Part shown: piece after piece, positions 56,901 through 64,000 of the stretch
Position numbering within the stretch: the first letter of the stretch is position 1
How the letters are laid out: the number at the start of each line of letters is the position of its first letter
Origin: Planctomycetota bacterium
GTDB lineage: Bacteria; Planctomycetota; UBA8108; SXIK01
Direction: 5' to 3'
DNA length: 64,000 bases
NCBI GenBank assembly: GCA_965223845.1
Contig: CBDCXR010000004.1
Coordinates: forward strand, 7,424,001-7,488,000
Made by a program: the position numbers and the translations under genes
Notes under the pieces: model-generated
What the model was told of the DNA's origin: nothing
Databases searched by the model: none
The model's input: only the letters and a program-made list of their open reading frames with translations

Positions 56901-57200
56901 GCGCAGTCGCTCGAGATCGCTCTCTCGCGCGGAGGTGAGATCAACGGAGTCGTCTTCGGATCGGACGGGCGGCCGCGTGCGAACATGCAGGTCTACCTGA
57001 TCGGCGATCGCCCGAACCAGAACCAGCGCTCCCGCTCCGACCAGGAAGGTCGGTTCAAGTTCTCGAGCGTCGTTCCCGGTGCGTACACCGTCAAGGCGCA
57101 CGAGTTCGCCCGCGAGCCGAATCAGCCGGCGCAGCAAGCTGAGGTCGAGCTGGAGATCGGATCGGGTGAGATCCAGGACGTGGTCCTGAGTCTTCCCTGA
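53949..57200 (+). CDS. Membrane-anchored protein with tandem carboxypeptidase-regulatory-like (beta-sandwich) domains
   Basis: N-terminal TM; repeated ISGRV.D..G.PI.GARV / TD.DG.F.L units. Confidence 0.9.
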   Translation: MSSTMKAALASAAILILLGAAIFLIGLGDDLDDRPADDVVIDEPEPERVAEPRAVKPEATPIATVISRDAVAVTASVVDTDGRALAQAQLLVARAADGDRLGDRVWDSSQGGNTGDGRFRFSLEPGAYIAHAQCRGYTGEKKLLTVVKGVPQELTFTLDRGNSISGRILDRSGEGIAGARVLALKELGPPDADLETALIQLIGLEEMTNRAEAETFSADDGSYVLDGLAPEWFSVRAIAKEFVPGEVKGVPAPRERVNIVLEPGGLVTGVVTDAAGAPIASAKVEAFRETESTAMIDVILSKSRPAVDSVESASDGTFEFNTLGSGIYNFRVTARGFRSHVEGKVRVDSATPLRFKLEPGLSIVGYIQGPNGEPIVGAKVRAQPLIGASRGRPEITMISFDDDSVFTNNEGYFLFDTLEDGEYNLLAFHADYQTLRRKGIRTESGELMLRMTFGGRISGRVTDQDGTPIPGARVVATDVADFTKDEVTDEDGVFVLSGVQTGRRAVSVNVSAEGFARVRRQVKVNDGSEVEQDFRLDATARVTGRVLTSNGDPLRGVMLMVKKSEENATVDYTIANGRTNHNGEFSIPSVEASGKLWIRAKLAGFLEGASDDFDVEPGSAIELPPIVLDLGGTIMGRVEDPDGRPVGGARVTFRREGQSETTMGGNASVTTAQNGEFRLQGLQSGVLDLVVQPVHLLEKVVPDLDVKEGQVVGPTVVRVERGNSVTGRVVDTEGETVAGAEIYVRDYSRGAAESRAVTDANGKFAVSKIVTNDTVELEVVHPSYSKYLRDEVKVGSELEIVLQELGTIVGVVVDPDGMPVSSFSVQPQAVGARDGKRPLRSRTVDADDGRFRYRGIPKGIYNVQIRAPAYSAATLENVEISEGAEVDLGRVQLQTGGAVGGFVIDAVTREPVVGARVSIVQGTSRFVSPRPGSPSGARRGRSNETTDSRGEFSFVGLKSGNLTLRVTHPDYVAEKVQTNPDAAAAQSLEIALSRGGEINGVVFGSDGRPRANMQVYLIGDRPNQNQRSRSDQEGRFKFSSVVPGAYTVKAHEFAREPNQPAQQAEVELEIGSGEIQDVVLSLP

Positions 57201-57414
57201 GTCCCTCACCGCTCGATTCGCCGGGTTTTCTGGGCGGCCTCGCTTCGTCGTTCACTCGAACGGAGAAGCGAGGCCGTTCGCGTGTTCGGCGACGTCGGTC
57301 CCCGAGGGGCACCGCCGCTCTGGGCGTAAGTCGTGTTCCTGAAGGACCTTCTGCTCCTCGCGAACGTCCCGTAATCAAAAGTTCTCGCCGCGCCGCATTT
57401 TTTCGGGCTGGCGG

Positions 57415-57442
57415 TAAAGTTCCTGGGCGCGACCCCCGATAA
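57415..57442 (+). promoter_or_regulatory. Sigma28 (FliA) promoter
   Basis: TAAA-N16-CCCGATAA, 60 bp upstream of flgM. Confidence 0.75.
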
Positions 57443-57502
57443 GAAAGAATACAGACCACGGCTCGTTCGTCGGGCCGCCAAGACATCTGGAGAGGGGACC
57501 CC

Positions 57503-57778
57503 ATGGAAGTTCAAGGACCGGGCGGAGTCTCTGGCCCGAATCGGATCGAACCGCAGAGGATCTCCGCCCAGCGCGCCGAGCGTACGGAGGTCGGCGCGCG
57601 CATCGGCGACCGCGCAGAGATCTCGGAGGCCGCACGCCTCCTGAGTCAGCTCGGTGACGTTCCCGACGTCCGCATGGAGAAAGTCGGTCCGCTGAAGGAG
57701 CTGATCGCGGCCGGCAACTACGAGACGCCGCAGCGCATCGAGGCGGCGGTCGAGAGGCTCCTCGAAGAGCTCGACTGA
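57503..57778 (+). CDS. flgM: Anti-sigma28 factor
   Basis: 91 aa; DRAEISEAA..PDVRMEKV..LKELIAAGNY; sigma28 promoter upstream. Confidence 0.88.
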   Translation: MEVQGPGGVSGPNRIEPQRISAQRAERTEVGARIGDRAEISEAARLLSQLGDVPDVRMEKVGPLKELIAAGNYETPQRIEAAVERLLEELD

Positions 57779-58136
57779 TTCGCCGGCGCTCGCCGCCCCC
57801 CACGTGACGCCGGGGGGAGACCTCGGCTCGCTTGCGGTCCGTCCGGTGGGGACCCGAGCCCGACCTTCCCGTCGGGTGGCCTCGTCTCGCCATCGCCCTG
57901 CGATCCCGTTCCGCGCGCGACGAACTCGATGTTCGGGTTTCGTCGGCGGACCGTCCGGGGCGGCCGCTGCGCCCGTCAAAATCGCTTCTGCGGGTTTCTC
58001 GCCGATGCTAAAATCACCGCTCGCTCACTTCTTCTAGCGAGTGGCTCCTCCGCGACCGGCCCGCCCGCGAACGGGTTCCGCGCCTCCGCGGGGACTTCGG
58101 TCGCTTCGCATCGACGTTTCCCGCGATTGGACGGAC

Positions 58137-58691
58137 ATGGTCGAACGTCGCTCCCGCGCTTCGCGTTCTCGTTCGCGCGCGTCAACCGGCCGTACGGCCG
58201 CGGCGCGTTCCCGCCCGTCGGGCGCTCGGTCATCCGAGGCCCGGACCTCCGGGTCCGGCTCGGGGGCTCGCCGGAGACCGCCCGGGCCGCCGCCCCGCTC
58301 GGGGATGTCGCCGGTTCGTCTCACGATTCTCCTCGGACTCCCGATCGTGGGCATCGGGATTCTGCTCCTTTGGAGCTCGACCCGTCCGCCTCCCGAGCCC
58401 GAAGTCCAGGACGAGAACGTCTCGGTGCGCGACATGGAGTCGAAGGTGCCGGAGTTCACCAAGGAGTACCGTGCGGTGATGAAGCTGAAGTCCGAGAACC
58501 CCGCGGAGTTCGAGCGACGCGGTACGAAGCTGAAGACCGATATGGAAACCTGGCGCGATGAGTGGAACGCGATGTTCGATCCCAAGCGCGACGAGAACGA
58601 CGAGTTGCCGCCGGAGCTCCAGGGATACGATCGGGCGCCGAACCAAGTGAACCAGCTCATCGTCGATCTCTACCGGCAACTCGGAATGTAA
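58137..58691 (+). CDS. Hypothetical single-pass membrane protein
   Basis: Arg/Ser-rich N-terminus, TM segment, helical C-domain. Confidence 0.7.
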   Translation: MVERRSRASRSRSRASTGRTAAARSRPSGARSSEARTSGSGSGARRRPPGPPPRSGMSPVRLTILLGLPIVGIGILLLWSSTRPPPEPEVQDENVSVRDMESKVPEFTKEYRAVMKLKSENPAEFERRGTKLKTDMETWRDEWNAMFDPKRDENDELPPELQGYDRAPNQVNQLIVDLYRQLGM

Positions 58692-58817
58692 CGCGGAAGC
58701 GCCGTGTCACCCATCACCCAGCGAGTCTCCCGTTCTTCTCCTTCGCCCCGGAGCGGCCTCCGGTCGTGGAACCGTCGTGGCCGGACCTCGCGCCGGCGCG
58801 AGCGCGGTGAGATCGAC

Positions 58818-59249
58818 ATGACCGATCTCTACGTCGGGCTCGGGTTGCTGGTGATCGTTCCCTTCGTCACGTATGTCGCGTGCGGAGTCCTCGGCGTGAT
58901 TCCGGAGGGGCCGGAGGCGACGATGGGGCGCGAACGGAAGGTCGAGCCGCTTCCGATCACGGCCGAGGAGATCGACCTCCGCATCAAGAAGGCGACGATC
59001 ATCATTCGCCAGAACGCCAAAGAGTTTATTCAGAAGATGGACACCGTGGAGGACGACATCCTCCGCGACGACTATCGACGCTGGGCCGATCGCGCTCTCA
59101 CGGCGGGCCTCGAGCTGCTGGCGGAAGTTGATTCGAAAACGAGCTCGGGTCAGTTCCCGGCACAGCGGGCGCGGGCGCAGACGCTCAGGGCCGAAGCGAA
59201 AACGAATCTCAAGCGCGTGCAAGCTCTCGACGTCCTCGGGGGAAACTGA
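58818..59249 (+). CDS. Hypothetical single-pass membrane protein
   Basis: TM segment then helical domain; start ATG 58818 or GTG 58704. Confidence 0.7.
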   Translation: MTDLYVGLGLLVIVPFVTYVACGVLGVIPEGPEATMGRERKVEPLPITAEEIDLRIKKATIIIRQNAKEFIQKMDTVEDDILRDDYRRWADRALTAGLELLAEVDSKTSSGQFPAQRARAQTLRAEAKTNLKRVQALDVLGGN

Positions 59250-59337
59250 TCGCCGTCGCGGCCCGCGAGCGCGCGAGCTCCGAGACACGCTCGGTGGTGT
59301 GCCGTGAAGTCCGCCGCGGCGGAACGCTTGATCCGCG

Positions 59338-61461
59338 ATGAAACCATCCGACGTCGACCTCGCGCGTCGCGCCGTCGCCCGAGGCTGGATCAGCCAGGAG
59401 CAGTCTCTCGACGGCCTAGCCGAAGCGGATCGCTGTCAGGCGATGGGGCTCGATAAGGGGATCGGTGACGTTCTCCTCGAGCGGGGCCTCCTCTCGGCGC
59501 GCCGCATCGCGGAGCTGCGCGCGTCGACGTCGTGGTCGCTCGAGGAATCTCGTCTCGGAGGCTACGAAGTCCAGCGACGGATCGGACTCGGAGGGACGGG
59601 AAACGTCTTCGAGGCTCGGCACGTCCGGCTCAACCAGCGAGTCGCGCTCAAGGTGCTCTCTCCGCGCGTCGCACGCGACGCGGAGGTGCGCGCGGCGTTC
59701 CTCCGCGAGGCGCGAGCGCTCGCCCGCCTCAGTCACCCGAATCTCGTCCACGCGTTCGATTTCGGGAAGGACGGCTCCTACTACTACCTCGGGATGGAGT
59801 ACGTCGAGGGAGAGAGCCTGCAGCAGCGCATTGCGCGGCTCGGTCGTCTGCCCGTCGTCGAAGCGACGCGCATCGTTCGGGACGTTTGTCGCGCGCTCGT
59901 CGCGCTCGCCGCGCGCGGACTCGTCCACGGCGATGTCAAGCCCGCGAACGTTCTTCTCGGAAACGACGGCGAGGTGAAGCTCACCGACCTCGGTCTCGTG
60001 CGGCGAATCGCGCTCGACGGCACTGAGGAGCGGGTCGTCCGCGGAACTCCGCACTACATCTCGCCGGAAGAAGTCGCCGGGTCGGGTCGCGTGGACGCGA
60101 GAAGCGATCTCTATTCGCTCGGGGCGACTTGGTATCACGCGATCGCCGGCCGTCCACCGTTTCTCGCGAAGAGTACGGCCGCTCTTCTGCGCGCGCACCA
60201 GCAAGTGCAGCCCGCGTCGCTCGCGTCGATCCACCCTGACGAAGTTCCGCCGGAGGTCGATCGCGTGGTTCTCACTTGGCTCCAGAAGGACCCGAGCGAT
60301 CGGCCACCCGACGCGGCTCACGCGCTCGGAGCGGTCGAGCGCCTGCTCGACCATCTCGGGAGCACCCGCGCGTCGACGTACCTCGGTCGTAGGATGTGGA
60401 TCGCGGGAGGAGTGATCGCGGTCGCGCTCGCGGCGATCGGCTACGGCTGGCACGTCGCGCGGTCCGGGGACCTGAGACCGAAGGACGCGCCCGCGGAGGG
60501 CATCCACGCGGTCGAGCGAGACGATCCGGCGCTGGGGGAGCGCGCGCCCGAGGTTTCGACGCCGTCCCCGTTCGAAGCGAGCGTGGAGGCGCCGAGCCGA
60601 GAGGTCGCGCCGCCCGTGTCGATCGGAACGGTGATCGGGAAGCCCGGCGACGGTGGGTCGAGCCCGGGCGCGCCGAGTGACGACGAAAGCCAGCCCATCG
60701 ACGCCGCACCCACGGGCGACCCCGTCCCGCCCGGCCGGGCCGAGAGGGGAATCGACGGAAAGGGACCGGCGAAGGTCGCGCCGGACACGGGAGCGATCGA
60801 CGCGAGCGCGTTGGTCGTCGCGAGACCGTCCGTCTGGCCTCATCTCGTCGCCGCTGGTCGCCGCGTCGTCGCCGCGGCGGATGCGTTGCCAGGCTTCGGC
60901 GAGTTTCGGGTGCGTTCCGAACGATCGTCGCGGCTCCTCGCATCGATCACCGCGGCGGAGTGCGCGCTCGTTCCCGGTTCGCGAGAGCGACTGCGCGTTC
61001 TCATCTCGTACTCGTTCGAGCGCGATGCGGAACGCTTCGATTTCCGCGCGCGGCCGGGATCCATCCGCCTCCGCGATGGTGCGATCGTCACCGCGACGCG
61101 AGACAGCGCCCGGCTGACTTCGACCTATTGGCTGACGCCGCCGGTCCGCATCCGCGGACAGGCTCGCGCCGGATCGATCGTGTCCATCGGAATGACGGAC
61201 CTCGACTTCGATCCGCGCCGGTGGAGCGCCAGTCCGGCGATCGAAGTCGTGCGCGAGTTTCGCCTCGAGTGGTCTCGCGACGCCGTGAGCTTCGAGGTCG
61301 CCGGCGAACCCGATGAGTCGAAGCCACTCCGTCGATTCGACCACGGACGACTCGCGCTCGTCCTTCAGCGCGGCGGCCTCGATTGGCTCGAGGTCGAGGG
61401 CGATCTCGAGCCGGCTTGGGTCGAGGAGCGCGCGCGGCTCGTCGATGCCCTCGGCGAGTGA
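59338..61461 (+). CDS. Membrane-spanning Ser/Thr protein kinase
   Basis: IGLGGTG, VALK, HGDVKPAN, DLG, GTPHYISPE, SDLYSLG; TM, Pro-rich linker, C-terminal beta domain. Confidence 0.92.
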   Translation: MKPSDVDLARRAVARGWISQEQSLDGLAEADRCQAMGLDKGIGDVLLERGLLSARRIAELRASTSWSLEESRLGGYEVQRRIGLGGTGNVFEARHVRLNQRVALKVLSPRVARDAEVRAAFLREARALARLSHPNLVHAFDFGKDGSYYYLGMEYVEGESLQQRIARLGRLPVVEATRIVRDVCRALVALAARGLVHGDVKPANVLLGNDGEVKLTDLGLVRRIALDGTEERVVRGTPHYISPEEVAGSGRVDARSDLYSLGATWYHAIAGRPPFLAKSTAALLRAHQQVQPASLASIHPDEVPPEVDRVVLTWLQKDPSDRPPDAAHALGAVERLLDHLGSTRASTYLGRRMWIAGGVIAVALAAIGYGWHVARSGDLRPKDAPAEGIHAVERDDPALGERAPEVSTPSPFEASVEAPSREVAPPVSIGTVIGKPGDGGSSPGAPSDDESQPIDAAPTGDPVPPGRAERGIDGKGPAKVAPDTGAIDASALVVARPSVWPHLVAAGRRVVAAADALPGFGEFRVRSERSSRLLASITAAECALVPGSRERLRVLISYSFERDAERFDFRARPGSIRLRDGAIVTATRDSARLTSTYWLTPPVRIRGQARAGSIVSIGMTDLDFDPRRWSASPAIEVVREFRLEWSRDAVSFEVAGEPDESKPLRRFDHGRLALVLQRGGLDWLEVEGDLEPAWVEERARLVDALGE

Positions 61462-61673
61462 CGGTGTTTTCGGAACGCCGGATGTTTCGGGACCGTCGGC
61501 GAGATCCGCGCGCGGCATCGAGGAGATTTCCCTCGGTGGCTCGAGCGCGTCCGCGTCACCTTCCGGTACGGCGCCCGTCGACCGGACCCGTCGTCCCCGC
61601 CGGTTTGCCGGTCTTCGCAGGGTGAGATAGTTTTCGATGAGCGGATCTTCCCTGCCATCGGCCCTGCCTCTCC

Positions 61674-64000
61674 ATGCGCGAATTCCAGCCCGACGAGACG
61701 ATCAACAACCGTTACCGCGTCCTGCGCAAGCTGGGGGCGGGAGCGATGGGGAGCGTCTATCTCTGCGAAGATTCCGTCCAGAACAACGTGAAGGTCGCCC
61801 TCAAGGTTCTGATTTCGGAGAACCTCGACGACCAAGACGTTTGGGCGAAGGGTGAGTACGAAGCACTCACGCGTCTTCGCCATCCGAACCTCGCGAAGGT
61901 TTACAACTTCGGGCGCATCGTCGACGCGGACGACTATTTCATCGTCTCGGAGTTCATCAAGGGCGTCGATCTCTTCTCCGCGACCGAGTACCTCCACTAC
62001 GACGAGCTCGCTGATATCGTCGTTCAGATCAGTCGCGCCCTCGAGTACATCCACTCGCAGGGGTATGTCCACTTCGACATCAAGCCGGACAATATCCTCG
62101 TCACGAGGCACAAGACGATCGGGATTCAGGAAGGATCCAAAGTCCAGTACGACGAAGGGAAGCCGGAGGGAAGCAGTGCCGACCTTCTTTCGAAGCCGAA
62201 AGCCAAGCTGATCGACTTCGGCCTTGCCGAGAAGATCACCGGATCGTTCAGCTTCGCGATCAAAGGGACGCTCAACTATCTCGCGCCGGAGATCTTGAAC
62301 GGCCAAACGCCGGACCGCCGCGCAGATCTCTACTCTCTCGGAGTGACGCTCTACCAGGTCACGAACCGAAATCTCCCGCCGTGCGGCGACATCGGCAATC
62401 TCTTCAGCGAGACGCCGTCGCCCGGGGCGAGCCGGGCGGATCTCTTCGAGATGCACATGAAGAACCACCCGGAGTTCCTTCGGAAGCTGATTCTGCGGCT
62501 TCTCGAAGAGAAACCGGAGAGTCGGTTCCAAAGCGCGAAGGAAGTCATTCACTTCATCAATCGGCACTCGGAGCATTCGTTCGAGGTCGAGACCGAGGAA
62601 ACCCGCGCCAGCTATTTCTATTCGCCGAAGATCGTCGGGCGAAAGCGCGAGATGAATCGGCTCAAGGAGTACCACGAACGGGTCTTCTATCCGCAGCGGT
62701 GGCGCGACGCGCAGCGTTCGGTGATGGAGGAGCGGGAGACCGCGGAAGAGCCGCCGGCGAGCACCGCCACGGAGGAACCGTCGAGCTCAGACGATGACGC
62801 CGCGGACACCCGAGAGGCGGCGCTCGATTCGAGCGCGGCCGGCGCCGACGTCGCTGCGAACGCCGAGCGAGGCGACGAGGCGAACGGCGCGGACGAGAGC
62901 TCGAACGCCGAGCGAGGCGACGAGGCGAACGGCGCGGACGAGAGCTCGAACGCCGAGCGCGGCGACGAGGCGACCGGAGCGACCGACTCCGGTTCGGACG
63001 CCGGCGAAACCGCCGGGGCGAAGAACGAGGACGCGAACGACGGCGAAGCAAAGATCACGCTCGCCCCCGCGAGCACACGTTCGTCGAGAGACGCCAAAGA
63101 ACCTTCCGGCGGGGACGGCGACCTTCCCTCGCTCATTCTCGTCAACGGCGAGATGGGTTCGGGGAAGTCCCGCATCCTCGAGGAGTTTCAGCACTACCTT
63201 CGACTGAACGACGTCCTTACCGTCTCCGGGAACTGCTACGAAGGAACGAGCAAGGCGTACCAGCCCCTCGTCCAGGCGCTCCACGAGATCGTGTACCGAT
63301 TGGGGCTCGACTCGGATCTCTATCACAAGTACGCGGGAGACATCGTGCGCCTCCTGCCCGAGCTTCCGCGGAAGGGGGCCGAAGAGCGAGGGCCGATTCG
63401 ACCGGACAAGGAGAAGCTCTACTTCATCGAGCGCGTCTCTCAATTCCTCGTCGAGGCCGCCGAGCGCTTGCCCTTCGTTCTCTTCATCAACAATCTCCAC
63501 TGGATCGACGAGGCGAGCATCGATCTCCTCGGGCACTTTTTCGAGCGCCTCGTCGACGCGCGCGCCGGGGAGGCACCGAAGCTTCTCGTGGTCGCGAGCC
63601 TCCGCCCCGAAGACAGCCAGTCAGAGAAGCTGGTCGCGCTCCTCGAGCGATATCGAGCGTCGGACCGACTCGCCGAAGTCCAGCTCCGTCCGCTCCGTCA
63701 CGCTCAGATCGCCGAGCTGCTTTCGTCGATGCTCAGTTTCACCGACGTACCGGACGGCTTCGTCGCGACCCTCGGCGAGAAAACGGGCGGAAACCCCCTC
63801 TTCATCGTCGAGACGCTGAAGGCCCTCCAGGACGAAGGCATCCTTCGCCACACGGTCGATGGCTGGAAGATCCGGACCACGAACTACGACCGGATCGAGA
63901 TCCCGCAGAACATGGAGGAGCTGCTCGAGCGGCGCTTCGAGAAGCTCGAGGATCGGAAGCGCGAGATCCTCGAGGTGCTGAGCGTGCTCGACAAGCCGGT
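61674..64000 (+). CDS. Ser/Thr kinase fused to AAA_16/STAND-like ATPase (3' end runs off window)
   Basis: Manually translated from ATG 61674: LGAGAMGSVY, VALK, HFDIKPDN, DFG, YLAPE; IVGRKRE, GEMGSGKS, NNLHWID, TGGNPLF. Not in the ORF track. Confidence 0.92.
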   Translation, partial: MREFQPDETINNRYRVLRKLGAGAMGSVYLCEDSVQNNVKVALKVLISENLDDQDVWAKGEYEALTRLRHPNLAKVYNFGRIVDADDYFIVSEFIKGVDLFSATEYLHYDELADIVVQISRALEYIHSQGYVHFDIKPDNILVTRHKTIGIQEGSKVQYDEGKPEGSSADLLSKPKAKLIDFGLAEKITGSFSFAIKGTLNYLAPEILNGQTPDRRADLYSLGVTLYQVTNRNLPPCGDIGNLFSETPSPGASRADLFEMHMKNHPEFLRKLILRLLEEKPESRFQSAKEVIHFINRHSEHSFEVETEETRASYFYSPKIVGRKREMNRLKEYHERVFYPQRWRDAQRSVMEERETAEEPPASTATEEPSSSDDDAADTREAALDSSAAGADVAANAERGDEANGADESSNAERGDEANGADESSNAERGDEATGATDSGSDAGETAGAKNEDANDGEAKITLAPASTRSSRDAKEPSGGDGDLPSLILVNGEMGSGKSRILEEFQHYLRLNDVLTVSGNCYEGTSKAYQPLVQALHEIVYRLGLDSDLYHKYAGDIVRLLPELPRKGAEERGPIRPDKEKLYFIERVSQFLVEAAERLPFVLFINNLHWIDEASIDLLGHFFERLVDARAGEAPKLLVVASLRPEDSQSEKLVALLERYRASDRLAEVQLRPLRHAQIAELLSSMLSFTDVPDGFVATLGEKTGGNPLFIVETLKALQDEGILRHTVDGWKIRTTNYDRIEIPQNMEELLERRFEKLEDRKREILEVLSVLDKP
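62857..62973 (+). repeat. 45-bp coding tandem repeat, about 2.6 copies (NAERGDEANGADESS)
   Basis: Units start at 62858, 62903 and 62948. Confidence 0.92.

Noticed and set aside
1-64000. Selenoprotein genes with in-frame TGA
   Set aside because: I saw no gene truncated at a TGA in a Cys-equivalent position; the search was by eye and not exhaustive.

Overview
High-GC, gene-dense bacterial chromosomal segment. The gene families (Tat-exported Gfo/Idh/MocA oxidoreductase, PQQ-like propellers, C-terminal dockerin-like domains, DEAGYGP-type RNase HII) suggest Planctomycetota, which is an inference. About 46 credible CDS are present; most ORFs in the supplied track are shadow ORFs, and two real genes (1..1241 and 61674..64000) run off the window edges and are missing from it. 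Recognisable content: tRNA-Sec and selA; a phnA-phnY-phnW 2-aminoethylphosphonate catabolic operon; a methyltransferase-bshC-bshB1-bshA operon (likely N-methyl-bacillithiol) followed by priA; a PPi-type PEP carboxykinase; Pfk; an orphan 2-oxoacid dehydrogenase E2; flgM with a sigma28 promoter; a PilZ protein; two Ser/Thr kinases; and many secreted modular proteins. No mobile element, prophage or CRISPR array was seen. The leads most worth checking are a ~300-nt structured leader/ncRNA upstream of a B3/B4 tRNA-editing gene, a second ~175-nt RNA candidate, the bacillithiol operon, a sigma54-driven degenerate ADP-ribosyltransferase-like gene, and a serine beta-lactamase-like/C39 peptidase fusion. 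All calls come from motif recognition by eye; no searches were run.
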